Notes under the pieces: model-generated
Database searches by the model: none
What the model saw: the letters and a program-made list of their open reading frames with translations, nothing else
Told to the model about the DNA's origin: nothing
Part shown: in pieces, positions 1 to 10,640 of the stretch
How positions within the stretch are numbered: the first letter of the stretch is position 1
How the letters are laid out: each line of letters begins with the position of its first letter
Program-made: the position numbers and the translations under genes
Assembly (NCBI GenBank): GCA_963743305.1
Contig: CAVUPH010000032.1
Location: forward strand, 1 to 64,000
Length of the DNA: 64,000 bases
From: an uncultured delta proteobacterium
GTDB lineage: Bacteria; Desulfobacterota; RBG-13-43-22
Reading direction: 5' to 3'

Positions 1-851
1 ATGACGATACGGGGAGTGGTTTCACGGATATCGCGTTGCTGGGTTTCCGGGGCTTCCGCAAAGTTCAGGGTGCAGGCCGACAACAGGTGGCAGCCGATGC
101 CGAACCATTGCTCCGTAATCCAGGCCGGAGGAAGATAGGGAACCACCGTATCATCGGGAAACCAGGGGTCGAGCCGCAGGGCCCAGTCGACACTGGCCCG
201 CAGGGTCCGATAGGTATGCCGGGCTCCCTTGGGGGCCGGCCCGGTGGTCCCGGCCGTATAAACCAGGGCGCAAACATCATCCGCCCGGCCGGATTCCACC
301 TGCCGTTCAAAAAGACCGGGTTGTTCTTTTTCGAAATTTTCCCCGCTGCGGATCGCCTCTCGATAACCCAACAAAAACGGGTCGTCGTAATGAGCCAGGC
401 CCTTATAGTTCCAATAGATCACCTGCTGGAGTCGGGGCAGTTCATCTTTGATCAGGAGAAACTTGTCGATCTGTTCCTGCCCTTCAACGACGGCAAACCG
501 CGCTTCGGAATGTTCGGCGAAGGTTTTGATTTCGTCCGCGGTCAGATCGGAATAAAGGCCTACCGCGGCACCCCCGTTGGCCTGGGCCGCCAGTTCGGCG
601 GTATACCATTGAGGGGCATTATCCCCGATAATCAACACCTTGTCTTCGGGCTCCATGCCGAGGACTCGCAATCCCAAGGCCAGGTGTTTGACATTCAGGT
701 AATAGTCTTTCCAGGTGTAAGGCTGCCAGATCCCGTAATGCATATAGCGCATGGCCTTACGACGATCGCCATAGGTTTCATAATTGTATTTGAGGATCTT
801 GGGCCAGGTGTCTCCCTGGCCCTGAGGAGCCGATCCAATCCCGGTAGTCAT
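1..851 (-). CDS. Long-chain acyl-CoA synthetase (AMP-binding), runs off the window start
   Basis: Absent from the ORF track because it is open at the edge. Manual translation from ATG 851: MTTGIGSAPQGQGDTWPKILKYNYETYGDRRKAMRYMHYGIWQPYTWKDY...VCALVYTAGTTGPAPKG (AMP-binding P-loop). Confidence 0.88.
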   Translation of the reverse strand, partial: MTTGIGSAPQGQGDTWPKILKYNYETYGDRRKAMRYMHYGIWQPYTWKDYYLNVKHLALGLRVLGMEPEDKVLIIGDNAPQWYTAELAAQANGGAAVGLYSDLTADEIKTFAEHSEARFAVVEGQEQIDKFLLIKDELPRLQQVIYWNYKGLAHYDDPFLLGYREAIRSGENFEKEQPGLFERQVESGRADDVCALVYTAGTTGPAPKGARHTYRTLRASVDWALRLDPWFPDDTVVPYLPPAWITEQWFGIGCHLLSACTLNFAEAPETQQRDIRETTPRIV

Positions 852-867
852 TTTCGCCGCCCTTCCA

Positions 868-1662
868 TCAAGCCATCCATCGCTTCCGACGCCGGTAGTG
901 CTTCACTTCCCGGTAGCTCTTCCGGGAGCCGACGGCCGAAAGCCCCAGATAAAATTCCCGCACGTCTTCGTTATTCTTCAACGCCTCGGCCGGACCGCTC
1001 AGCACGATGCGGCCGTTTTCCATGACATAACCGACATCCGCGATGCCCAAGGCGGCGTTGACATTTTGCTCCACCAGGAGGATGGCCATCTGCTGCTCCA
1101 CGCTGATCCGCTTGATAATTTCATAGATGTCCTGCACCAACAGCGGAGCCAGACCGAGGGAGGGTTCATCCAGAAGCATCAGCTTCGGACGGGCCATGAG
1201 GGCCCGACCGATCACCAGCATCTGCTGTTCTCCGCCGGACAGATAGCCGCTGGTCCGTCGGCGGAGCTGCTTAATCTTGGGAAAGCGCTGAAAGACCATT
1301 TCCAGGTCCTCTTTGATACCCGCCCGATCTTTGCGGCAGTAGGCCCCCACCAATAGATTTTCCTCCACACTCAGATGCTCCAGGACCCGCCGTCCCTCCA
1401 TGGCCTGGCTGATGCCCAATTTGGCAATAGCCCCGGGTCCGTAGTGGTCGGTCCGCTGTCCGACAAAGTCAATGCGCCCGTCGGTCACTTCGCCTTCCTC
1501 CGTTTTCAGCATCCCGGAAATGGCCCGGAGGGTGGTCGTTTTCCCTGCTCCATTGGCCCCCAGCAGGGCGACGATTTGGCCCTCGCCCACTTCCAGGGAT
1601 ACGCCCCGAAGCACCTGGATAACCTTCATATAGACCACTTCGATATTGTTTACCTGAAGCAT
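868..1662 (-). CDS. Branched-chain amino acid-type ABC transporter ATPase (LivF-like)
   Basis: GANGAGKT, LSGGEQQ, LLDEPSLGLAP, VEQN motifs. Confidence 0.95.
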   Translation of the reverse strand: MLQVNNIEVVYMKVIQVLRGVSLEVGEGQIVALLGANGAGKTTTLRAISGMLKTEEGEVTDGRIDFVGQRTDHYGPGAIAKLGISQAMEGRRVLEHLSVEENLLVGAYCRKDRAGIKEDLEMVFQRFPKIKQLRRRTSGYLSGGEQQMLVIGRALMARPKLMLLDEPSLGLAPLLVQDIYEIIKRISVEQQMAILLVEQNVNAALGIADVGYVMENGRIVLSGPAEALKNNEDVREFYLGLSAVGSRKSYREVKHYRRRKRWMA

Positions 1663-1673
1663 GGGATCTCCGT

Positions 1674-2492
1674 TTATTTCTCTTTGCCCAGGTAGGCGCT
1701 GATTACTGCGGGGTTGGCGCTGATTTCGGCCGGGGTGCCTTCGGCGATTTTGCGCCCGAAATCCAGGACGACAATCCGGTCGGCAATGTCCATCACCACT
1801 CCCATATCGTGCTCGATCAGGATGATACAGCGGACCCCGTCACGTAAAACCGGCGTGTCCGGATAGGTGGCGCCCTGCCCTTCAAAGACATCCAGGATGA
1901 ATCGGGCCATGTCTTCCTTTTCCTCCAGGTTCATGCCGGCCATCGGTTCGTCCAGAAGCAGGACTTTGGGTTCCAGGGCCAAGGCCCGGGCCAGTTCCAC
2001 CCGTTTGCGCATCCCGTAAGACAAAAGGCCGACGACTTTCTTTCGAACCGGGGCGATTTCCAAGAAATCAATAATTTCTTCGACCACCCGACGGTGGGCG
2101 ATTTCCTCTTTCAGCGCCCAGCCTAGGTAGAGCCCGCCGGTAACGAAAGTTTGCTTCATCAGCACGTGACGGGCCGCCATGATGTTGTCTTGCGTGCTCA
2201 GCCCGGTATACAGCTCGATATTTTGAAAGGTGCGGGCAATGCCGAGTTTGGCCAGCTTGTCCGGCCGCATGCGGGTTATCCGCCGCCCGTCGTAGGTGAT
2301 CTCTCCCTTTTGGGGCTTGTAGAAGCCGTTGATGCAGTTGAGCAGCGCGGTCTTGCCGGCCCCATTGGGCCCGATGATCGCCAGGATTTCCCGATCCCGG
2401 ATATCCACGCTCACCTCCGCCAGGGCGCTGACTCCGCCAAAACTGAGGGAGAGGTTGTCAATCCGCAATTTAACCTGTTTTTCCGTATCCAC
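1674..2492 (-). CDS. ABC transporter ATPase (LivG-like)
   Basis: GPNGAGKT, LSYG, LLDEP, IEHDM; likely GTG start at 2492 preceded by GAGGAG. Confidence 0.93.
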   Translation of the reverse strand: MDTEKQVKLRIDNLSLSFGGVSALAEVSVDIRDREILAIIGPNGAGKTALLNCINGFYKPQKGEITYDGRRITRMRPDKLAKLGIARTFQNIELYTGLSTQDNIMAARHVLMKQTFVTGGLYLGWALKEEIAHRRVVEEIIDFLEIAPVRKKVVGLLSYGMRKRVELARALALEPKVLLLDEPMAGMNLEEKEDMARFILDVFEGQGATYPDTPVLRDGVRCIILIEHDMGVVMDIADRIVVLDFGRKIAEGTPAEISANPAVISAYLGKEK

Positions 2493-2625
2493 TGGTCTTC
2501 GACTCCTCGTCCCTCCCGGCCAATACACACCGGATCGCGGGGGCTCACAAATTTATAAAACGGAATACTCCAGCCGGGCTAAAAAGTCAATACATTAAAT
2601 ATTAAAGCGTTTACTATCAATGTAT

Positions 2626-3288
2626 TTAAGAATTTTCAACGACCCCCTCCAGCCCCTTGAGCAGGTTTTCATTTTCACCCGGGATCACCATTTCAAAAAG
2701 GGCCTCGATGGCCGTGTAGTCGTAATAACCCAAACGGGCCAAGGGACGGATCTTCAGCAGATCGAGGCGCCCGTCAGGCTTGATGAATTCGTCCTTGATA
2801 TGCACCAGGACCACCCGACCGATCACCACGTCCACGGTACCCATCAGGCCACGTCCGGGCAGACGCAGCGTCTGGTGGTAGCGGCACTCAAATTGGATCG
2901 GGGACTCGGCGACCCGGGACGGCTTGACCCGGAGCGAGGGGACCTTGCCGACCCCGGCCAATTCAAATTCGTCCACCTCGGGAGGCACCTCGACCGCCGA
3001 GCGGTTGACCGCCTGGCGCAGATCGTAGGTGGCCATATTGTAGACGAATTCTCCGGTCTGTTCGCAGTTTACCACCGTGTCTTTCCGTTTTCCCCGGGTA
3101 TTCTGGTTGGCCGCGAACATCACATAGGGCGGATCGAAAGTCAGGTTCTGAAACTGGCTGTAAGGGGCCAGGTTGGGCGACCCGTCGGCCCCGACGGTCG
3201 AGATCCAGCCGATGGGCCGTGGGACAACGCAGGCCTTGAAGGGGTTAAAAGCCAGGCCATGATCATTCAACTCCGGATCATAATACAT
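2626..3288 (-). CDS. Flavin reductase-like (DIM6/NTAB family) protein
   Basis: VVPRPIGWIST, NLAPYS, KDTVVN, ESPIQFEC, PLARLG motifs; ATG 3288. Confidence 0.9.
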   Translation of the reverse strand: MYYDPELNDHGLAFNPFKACVVPRPIGWISTVGADGSPNLAPYSQFQNLTFDPPYVMFAANQNTRGKRKDTVVNCEQTGEFVYNMATYDLRQAVNRSAVEVPPEVDEFELAGVGKVPSLRVKPSRVAESPIQFECRYHQTLRLPGRGLMGTVDVVIGRVVLVHIKDEFIKPDGRLDLLKIRPLARLGYYDYTAIEALFEMVIPGENENLLKGLEGVVENS

Positions 3289-3326
3289 GGAGACCTCTTC
3301 CTGGGTACAAGATACCACCCTTTTGT

Positions 3327-4043
3327 TTATTTGCCAAGATACCGTCGGCGAATTTCGTCATCTTCTCTAAGTTCCGAGGCCCGGCCCTGCCGGACAATCT
3401 TACCGGTTTCCATAATGTAGGCCCGGTCGGCAATTTTAAAAGCGGCTCGGACATTCTGTTCCACCAGCAGGATGGGAATTCCCCGGGCGCGCAGTCCTTG
3501 AATGACTTCGAAGATATGCTGGACCACCAGGGGAGCCAGTCCCAACGATGGCTCATCGAGCAGGAGCAGCTTAGGGCGGGCCATCAGACCCCGGGCCATG
3601 GCCAGCATCTGCTGTTCGCCGCCACTCAACGAACCGGCCTTTCCCGAGAACCGGTCTTTCAAAATCGGAAACAGTCGCCATACGGAAGGATATAGTTCCT
3701 CCAGGTCGGCCCTTTTGCTGCCGTGGACATAGGCCCCCAGGAGGAGATTCTGTCGGACCGTCAGATCCGCAAAGAGCTGCCGCCCTTCCGGTACCTGCAC
3801 GAGACCCGCCTTAACAATCTCCTGCGGCCGTTTCCGGGTGATCTCTTGGCCCAGAAAGTGGATCCGCCCCTGCGTCGGTGGGATCAGCCCGGAGATCACT
3901 TTGAGCAGCGTCGATTTCCCCGCCCCGTTGGCCCCCAGTAAACAGAGCACCTCCCCTTCCCCGATCTCCAGGTTGATGCCTTTGATCACCGGAATTCGAC
4001 CGTACCCGGCGTGGATATCGTTCAGGACCAGCATCAGGGCCAA
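3327..4043 (-). CDS. ABC transporter ATPase (LivF-like)
   Basis: GANGAGKS, VPEGR, LSGGEQQ, DEPSLGLAP. Confidence 0.95.
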   Translation of the reverse strand: MALMLVLNDIHAGYGRIPVIKGINLEIGEGEVLCLLGANGAGKSTLLKVISGLIPPTQGRIHFLGQEITRKRPQEIVKAGLVQVPEGRQLFADLTVRQNLLLGAYVHGSKRADLEELYPSVWRLFPILKDRFSGKAGSLSGGEQQMLAMARGLMARPKLLLLDEPSLGLAPLVVQHIFEVIQGLRARGIPILLVEQNVRAAFKIADRAYIMETGKIVRQGRASELREDDEIRRRYLGK

Positions 4044-4888
4044 CTCCGATCTTCACCCTCTTCCGATCCGAGATAGGCCTTGACCACCTCCGGGTTGCTG
4101 GTGATGGCCGCCGGATCCCCTTCGGCCAGCCGGCGACCGAAATTGAGCACCAGAATGTCATCGGAGATATTCATCACGAGTTTCATGTTGTGCTCCACCA
4201 GCAAAATGGTCTTTCCCTGGCTCCTCAGGGTGGTCAGCAGCTCCATGAAGCGTTCGACCTCAGCGTCGTTCAACCCGGAAGCGGGCTCATCCAGCAGCAA
4301 CACCTTCGGGTCGGACATTAGCGACCGGGCCAGTTCCAGCAACCGCTGATTGCCAAAGGAAAGCGCCCCGGGCATCATATCGGCGGTCTCTTCCAGGCCG
4401 ACGAAGCGTAGGAGTTCTCCGGCCCTTTCTTTGGCTCGTTTTTCCTGACGAGCGGTGCGGGCGCCAAAGAGCAGGGCACCCAGGATCGTAGGGTGAAGGC
4501 TTTGGTGGGCCCCCAATAAGACGTTATCCAATACCGTGGCGTTATTGACCGTAAACAGCCGGATCAGTTGGAAAGTCCGGGAGATTCCTCGCAGCGCGAT
4601 CCGGTCGGTCCTCATTCCGGTTAATCTTTCTCCCTGATAACTGACTTGACCGCTGTCCGGAACCAGCAGCCCGTTGATGACGTTCAGCAGGGTGGTTTTG
4701 CCGGCTCCGTTGGGCCCGATGAGCGATTTGATGCGTCCGTCCGGCACTTCGAAGCTGACCCGGTCCAGGGCTTGGAGACCCGCAAAGGCCTTGGAGACCT
4801 CGACCACTTGGAGGCAGCCGGCTTCCGGACTCCCGAACTGGGGTTGATCCGGCGAACCGGGGATTACCGCCCGCGCCCGGGACTTCAT
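4034..4888 (-). CDS. ABC transporter ATPase (LivG-like)
   Basis: GPNGAGKT, RTFQ, LLDEPASG, VEHNM; ATG 4888 overlaps the upstream stop (ATGA). Confidence 0.93.
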   Translation of the reverse strand: MKSRARAVIPGSPDQPQFGSPEAGCLQVVEVSKAFAGLQALDRVSFEVPDGRIKSLIGPNGAGKTTLLNVINGLLVPDSGQVSYQGERLTGMRTDRIALRGISRTFQLIRLFTVNNATVLDNVLLGAHQSLHPTILGALLFGARTARQEKRAKERAGELLRFVGLEETADMMPGALSFGNQRLLELARSLMSDPKVLLLDEPASGLNDAEVERFMELLTTLRSQGKTILLVEHNMKLVMNISDDILVLNFGRRLAEGDPAAITSNPEVVKAYLGSEEGEDRSWP

Positions 4889-5841
4889 CCTTTCCCCCCG
4901 GGCTGCAGCCTGTTTTTTAGCGTCTGGAGGACGCCCAAAATCCCTCGGGGCAGGAACACTAGCACGATGATCAGAATGAGACCGTTCATCAACAGTTCGT
5001 AATCCTGAAAGCGATAGGTTACTTCCGGTAACCATTTTAGAAAAAAGGCGCCCAGGGCCGGTCCGAATATGGTGCCGATGCCACCCAGGTAGAGCATGAC
5101 CAGGATATTGATGGAGGTCATGACGCCGAAATCGTCGGGGGCGATAAAACCCATGAAATGGGCGAAGAGGGACCCGGCCAGGGAAGCGAAAACCGCCGAA
5201 AGGACATAGACGCGGACCTTGTACTTGGCGCAGTCGACGCCGAAGGTCGAGGCGGCGGTCTCGTCGCTATGTATGGCCATCAGCGTTCGACCGAAGGGGG
5301 AGCGGACGACCGTCAGGCTGCAGAGAATAACCAAAATCACCGAGGCCCAAACCAAATAATAATAGTGCAGGGGATTGTCAAAACTGAACCCGAAAAGGCT
5401 GAAAGCCGGAATGTCCCGCAGACCGGAGGCGCCCCCGGTCAAATCCTGAAGGCCGACGATCAGGGTCACGATGATTTCGTTGAGAGCCAGGGTGGCCATC
5501 GCCAGATAGTATTCTTTCAAGGCCAGGACCGGACGGCCGGTGGTCCAGGCTACCCCGGCACTCAAAACCAATCCGGCCAAGAGGGCGGGCAGGGGCGGGA
5601 TTCCCCCTTTGACGGTCAGGATTCCCGAAACATAGGCGCCGATCGCGAAAAAAGCGGCATGCCCCACAGAGATCTGGCCGGTATAGCCCATCAACAGATC
5701 GAGGCTGACCGCCAGGATGATATAAATCCCGACGAAAATCAGAATGCCGCTCTTATAGGGAGACATCCCGCCCAGGGTAATCGGGTAGAGGGCGATGAAG
5801 AGCATGAACACCAGCCACCCGGGGTGGCGGAAAGCCGTCAT
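4885..5841 (-). CDS. ABC transporter permease (LivM-like)
   Basis: GYTGQISVGHAAFFAIGAY, YLAMATLA, hydrophobic helices. Confidence 0.93.
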   Translation of the reverse strand: MTAFRHPGWLVFMLFIALYPITLGGMSPYKSGILIFVGIYIILAVSLDLLMGYTGQISVGHAAFFAIGAYVSGILTVKGGIPPLPALLAGLVLSAGVAWTTGRPVLALKEYYLAMATLALNEIIVTLIVGLQDLTGGASGLRDIPAFSLFGFSFDNPLHYYYLVWASVILVILCSLTVVRSPFGRTLMAIHSDETAASTFGVDCAKYKVRVYVLSAVFASLAGSLFAHFMGFIAPDDFGVMTSINILVMLYLGGIGTIFGPALGAFFLKWLPEVTYRFQDYELLMNGLILIIVLVFLPRGILGVLQTLKNRLQPGGKG

Positions 5842-6719
5842 ACCTCGCGCCTCCCCCCCACACCGAAGAGGCCGCTCGGTTTAAAAATCAAAACGACAAT
5901 CAGCAAGGTAAAGACGATGGTGTCGGCGAATTGAGAGGAAATCAGCCCAATGGTGTAGGCTTCCACGATCCCCAGCAGGAATCCGGCCGCTACGGCTCCG
6001 GCGATGCTGGCCAGGCCGCCGATGGACATGGCGATGAATCCTTTGACCATGGGCATGATGCCGCTGCCGTACTGCATGAACAGCAGTGGGGCGACGGCCA
6101 TCCCCGTCAGCGCACCGATTCCCGAACCCCAGGCCCAGGAAAAGACCGCGGCCTTCGCCGGGCTGATGCCCATCAGGCTGGCGGCCAGCCGATTTTCGGC
6201 ACAGGCCCGCAGGGCGATGCCCAGGGTGGTTTTTTCGAAAAAGGCCCAGACGATCAGCAAAACAACGCCCGTGAGGCCTATGATCCAGAGGACCTGGAGT
6301 TGGAGGGTGGCGCCCAGCACTTGCAGGGGGCGCCCGCTGGAAAACGGGGGAAGAATATGGGATTCCTTTCCCCAGATCAGCAGTGCCAATCCCTTCAGGG
6401 CCAAGGAGATGGCTATGGTCATCACAATCAGATTACCCACCGAGGCCTCCTGCAGGGGTCGGATCAGCAGGCGTTCAATCACCGCCCCCAGGACCGAGGC
6501 GATGAGGACCGAAAGTCCGAAGGCCAGGGGCAGGGGCAGTCCCTTGGAAACCAGGGTGACCATGGTCAAGGCCCCGATGACAAAGAACTCGCCCTGGGCG
6601 AAGCAGATGACCAGCGAAACCTTATAGACGATGACCAAGCTGACCGCCATTAAGGCATAAATACTGCCCGAGGTCAGGCCGCTGAATAGAAATTGGATCA
6701 GGTAGGAATAATCGCCCAT
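5838..6719 (-). CDS. ABC transporter permease (LivH-like)
   Basis: GSIYALMA, FAQGE, GIALRACAEN, KPSGLFG. Confidence 0.93.
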   Translation of the reverse strand: MGDYSYLIQFLFSGLTSGSIYALMAVSLVIVYKVSLVICFAQGEFFVIGALTMVTLVSKGLPLPLAFGLSVLIASVLGAVIERLLIRPLQEASVGNLIVMTIAISLALKGLALLIWGKESHILPPFSSGRPLQVLGATLQLQVLWIIGLTGVVLLIVWAFFEKTTLGIALRACAENRLAASLMGISPAKAAVFSWAWGSGIGALTGMAVAPLLFMQYGSGIMPMVKGFIAMSIGGLASIAGAVAAGFLLGIVEAYTIGLISSQFADTIVFTLLIVVLIFKPSGLFGVGGRREV

Positions 6720-6848
6720 GGATCGAACCCGGGTTGAAAGCGTCTATGGTGTTAAAGGCGCCCGGTCGAATAGCCGCCCGATGAAGCAACCGGCCGGGAC
6801 GCCTTCAGGGTTGGATGCGAGTGCCGCTACCGGGGGGCCGGCATCGGT

Positions 6849-8000
6849 TTAATCGAGCAAATGCCACTTGCCGTCCTTGATGGTCAGCAGGATCATAGTA
6901 TCCATGGTAGTTCCATGGTGATCCTGGGGGGACATATTATACACCCCGTTGCAGCCCGGAAAATTTTTTATACTCTCGATGGCGTCTCGCAGTTTGGCGT
7001 GATCATCGGATTTAGCCAGGCGCAGCCCTTCGGCCGTCAGGGCCACGGCGTCCGCCTGCTGGCCCGAGAAGTAGTTGGCGGGTTCGTTGTATTTCTTCTG
7101 GTATTCCCGGGCGAATTCGACGACTACTTTTTTAACCGGGTCGTTGGCGGGGATCGAATCCGGGACCATGATCTTGCCGGAAGGCACTATGACCATTTCC
7201 GGCACCTGGGCCACCAGTTTCAGAAAACCGGGGCTGGCGTTCCCGTGACTGACCACCAGGGGGATTTTCATGCCCATCTGGGCCATATTCCGGGCTACCA
7301 GGGCCGCAGGCTCCCCGGTGGTGAAAGAGATGATCGCCTGCGGATTCAAGCTGCGCAACTTGGCCAATTGAGGGGTTACGTCCGGCGCCTTGACGTCGAA
7401 TTTTTCCTCGCCGATGAGGTTGATTTTGTAGGCGGCGGCATACTTACGGGCCACGCTCGAACCGAGTTCCCCCAGGGGGCCGATCGGCATCAATAGCGCC
7501 ACCTGGCTGATTCCTTTCTTCTGGAAATACATCATCGGCCGGGCGATGGCGAAGTCGGTCCGATGGGCGTTATTGAAGACATAAACGTCTTTTTCCGAAA
7601 CGGTGTACCCGGACTGGACGATGGCCGGCACTTTGGACTTATTGGCCACTGAAGCGACGGCCCCCGAGATAGGAGCCGTGCCGGTCCCTTGCAGGGCGAC
7701 CACGTTGTCCCTGGAAATCAGGCGTTGGGCCATTCGGGTAGCGTTTTCCGGGGTGGACTGGTCATCGTAAATGATCAGCTCCAGGGGATGGCCGTTAACC
7801 CCCCCGGACCTGTTGATCATTTCCACTTTAAGTTCGGCCCCTTTTTTCATGTACTCGCCCAACCAGGAAAGGTAGCCGGTCAGAGGAATGATGGCCCCGA
7901 TCTTGTAAGGGGCGTTGGCCTGAGCCCAGATCCCCGAGGGTGCCGCTGCGGAAAACAGGAAACCGGTGATGAGAACCACTGCCAAAATCTTCGTTTTCAT
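6849..8000 (-). CDS. ABC transporter substrate-binding protein (LivK/Peripla_BP_6)
   Basis: Signal peptide, KIGAIIPLTG, INRSGGVNG, YDDQS. Confidence 0.93.
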   Translation of the reverse strand: MKTKILAVVLITGFLFSAAAPSGIWAQANAPYKIGAIIPLTGYLSWLGEYMKKGAELKVEMINRSGGVNGHPLELIIYDDQSTPENATRMAQRLISRDNVVALQGTGTAPISGAVASVANKSKVPAIVQSGYTVSEKDVYVFNNAHRTDFAIARPMMYFQKKGISQVALLMPIGPLGELGSSVARKYAAAYKINLIGEEKFDVKAPDVTPQLAKLRSLNPQAIISFTTGEPAALVARNMAQMGMKIPLVVSHGNASPGFLKLVAQVPEMVIVPSGKIMVPDSIPANDPVKKVVVEFAREYQKKYNEPANYFSGQQADAVALTAEGLRLAKSDDHAKLRDAIESIKNFPGCNGVYNMSPQDHHGTTMDTMILLTIKDGKWHLLD

Positions 8001-8042
8001 GGGTTGCCTCCTAGTGGGTTTTGGTTATTAATCGTCCGGGGG

Positions 8043-9549
8043 TCAGACCGGCTTTTTGCTGAGCAGATCTTGTTTCAATTTTCTTTTCAATAGCTTTCCG
8101 GCAGGACTCTTGGGAAGCTCTTCGACGATCAGGAAATCCTTGGGAACTTTAAAGGGGGACAGCCGTTTTTTCAGATAGGCCTTCACGGTCTCCGGAACCA
8201 GGGACTCCCCGGGCTTCGGTACGATAAAGGCCAGCACCCGCTCGCCCCACTCTCTATCCGGGACCCCGATAACGGCGCATTCCTGGATCCCGCTATGGGT
8301 GTAGAGGACCTCTTCCACCTCCCGGGGATAAACATTCTCGCCCCCGGTGATGATCATATCTTTAAGCCGGTCCACCAGGGTAAGGTATCCCCTTTCATCC
8401 AGGACCCCGATATCCCCGGACCGAAACCAGTCCTCCGGCCAGAAGTCGACGGCCGTTCCTTCCGGGTTATGCAGGTAACCGGTCATGATGTTGCGGCCGC
8501 GAATGCAGATTTCGCCTTCCCGACCCGCTTCCAACGGCCGGCCTTCCGGATCCCGGATCTGCACCTCCACCCCCGGGACGGTTTCCCCGATCGACCCGAT
8601 CCGGTGCTCTCGAAAGTGGTTATAAGTGACGGCCGAAGCCGACTCCGTCAGTCCGTACCCTTCATATATGGTCAGCCCGGTTCGCTGGCTCCATTCCCGT
8701 ACGGTCTCGGCGGCCAGGGAAGCGGCGGCGGAGAAACAATAGCGGACCTTTCCCATTCTTTCCGACAGGCGGTCCAGGGCCAGCAGGCGAATGTAGATGG
8801 TCGGCACCGCAAAAAACTTGGTGATCCGCCCCGAGCCCAGGATATGCAGGACCCGGTCCAGGTCGAAGGCCGGCAGCAGTTCCAGACAGCCGCCGCTGAA
8901 TACCGTGGCGTTCATGATATGCATTTGCCCGAAGACATGATTAAAAGGCAGAAAACAGAGGGCCCGGTCCTTTTCCGTAGCGCGTTCGCAATAGGTGACG
9001 TTGAGACTGGAAACGGCGATGTTCTCGTGGCTTAAACAGACCCCTTTGGGCATTCCGGTGGTGCCTCCAGTAAATAAAACGGCCGCGGTATCCGAACGGT
9101 TTCTCTCCAGGGTCTGAAACGATTCCCGGCCCCGATCCAAAAGGTCGGGATATTCCAGATCTCCCTGAGGGCTGATGACGGCCTCGATGACCCCGGCGGC
9201 TTTTAAGTCCGCCAAAGGCCCTAATCTGTCCGGAGTGGTGAAGAGAAAGCGAGGGCGGGCGAATCGGACCAGGGGAAGGAATTCTTCCGGGGGGAGCAGG
9301 GCGGAGAAGGTGACGGCCACCGCCCCGGCCTTGAGCACTCCGAAGTAGAAAGCCAGCCATTCGGTTGAGTTGGGCGCGCAGAGGCCGACAAAGTCGCCGG
9401 GCCGAAGGCCTGACCGACTCAAGGCAGCGGCGATCCGGCTAGCCTGGCCGTTGAGTTCGCGGTAGGATATCTCCCGATCTATCGGCTCGAACGGCCGGCC
9501 GGTCGGGGAAAAAGAAAGCGGAACGTTCAAGGTGCCTGGCAATATTCAT
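8043..9549 (-). CDS. Acyl-CoA synthetase (class I adenylate-forming), frameshift near 9480
   Basis: FTGGTTGMPKG, GYGLTE, RSGDIG, LPKSPAGK. The natural N-terminus MNIARHLERSAFFFPDRPAV starts at ATG 9549 in a different frame from the ORF-track start. Confidence 0.9.
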
Positions 9550-9599
9550 TTGGGTTCTAAAAAGGAATAGGAAAACCCCTAGGGTTAACAGCCGGGACT

Positions 9600-9675
9600 G
9601 AATGGATCAATGGTCTAATATTAATAGCCGAAAAATAATTCTGTCAACAAAAATTTTTCATTGAAAAATTTTTAT
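9600..9675. promoter_or_regulatory. Divergent promoter region with AT-rich palindrome (candidate regulator operator)
   Basis: Minus-strand TTGACA (9643-9648) with a TATTAA-like box downstream; inverted repeat AAAATTTTTCA-T-TGAAAAATTTT at about 9650-9672. Confidence 0.45.
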
Positions 9676-9713
9676 ATATTTCATAGGGTAAGCAAATGAA
9701 GGAAGGAAAGCCC

Positions 9714-10463
9714 ATGTCCCGATTTAAACCGATTCGCCCGGTCCGGGTTTCCGACGAGGTTTTCGAACAGCTCAAGCAGTCCATTCTGCTGGGCCATTTT
9801 AAGGCCGGCGAGCGTCTGCCGAGCGAACGCGATCTGGCCGAGGAATTTCAGGTCAGCCGGGTGGCCATTCGGGAAGCCCTGCGCAACCTCGAAAATACCG
9901 GATTTGTCAGCACGCGCCAGGGGGCTACCGGCGGGGCCTTCATTACGGAGCTGACCTTCGATCATCTGGCCAAGTCCTTCATGGATCTGTTCCTGGCCGA
10001 AAAGATTTCCATCCCGGAATGGTATCAGGTCCGACTCCTGATCGAGCCCGAGATGGCCCGGATGGCGGCCCAACATATCGACCCCCTGTTTGCCCAGCGA
10101 TTGCAGGAGGCCCTGGAGGCCGAAGAACGGCCGATCCACTCCTTGGAGGAAGACTTTGAGAGGAAAACCGCCGTCCATTTTATTTTGGCCGAAATGTGCG
10201 GGAACCGATTTATTGAGGCCCTGGTCCGTTCTTTAATGGAGCTGACCCATCGCGTGGTAGACGCCGGCGACCCGGATTTTCACTTTATTCATCCGGCCGG
10301 AATGCACCGGCCGATTGTCGAGGCCGTGCTGACGGGCAACCCCCAAAAGGCCGCCCAGGCTATGAAAAAACACGCCATCGAGTTCGGCAAGATCCTGATC
10401 GTCCGGGAGCAGACCTTTCGCCGGAAGCAACCCTCCCGCGTCTATGGATTATCCCCTTCCTGA
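9714..10463 (+). CDS. FadR/GntR family transcriptional regulator (FCD domain)
   Basis: GERLPSERDLAEEFQVSRVAIREAL HTH; divergent from the ligase/ABC operon. Confidence 0.93.
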   Translation: MSRFKPIRPVRVSDEVFEQLKQSILLGHFKAGERLPSERDLAEEFQVSRVAIREALRNLENTGFVSTRQGATGGAFITELTFDHLAKSFMDLFLAEKISIPEWYQVRLLIEPEMARMAAQHIDPLFAQRLQEALEAEERPIHSLEEDFERKTAVHFILAEMCGNRFIEALVRSLMELTHRVVDAGDPDFHFIHPAGMHRPIVEAVLTGNPQKAAQAMKKHAIEFGKILIVREQTFRRKQPSRVYGLSPS

Positions 10464-10640
10464 AGCCTTTTTGGGTAAACTTTTCGTGCAATCGTCCGAT
10501 AGTAAGTTATCGCTCTCGGTCGATGATTCCAGGTTGAAATCCCCCCTCCGGCGATGGATTTGGGGTTGTTTTTTTAACCGGATTGCGCTATTTATCTCTT
10601 CACCCTATTACGAGTCCATTTTCTTAAATCAGGAGGTTCC

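Noticed and set aside
36-1025. 329-aa plus-strand ORF
   Set aside because: Antisense shadow of the acyl-CoA synthetase and livF-like genes; no motifs
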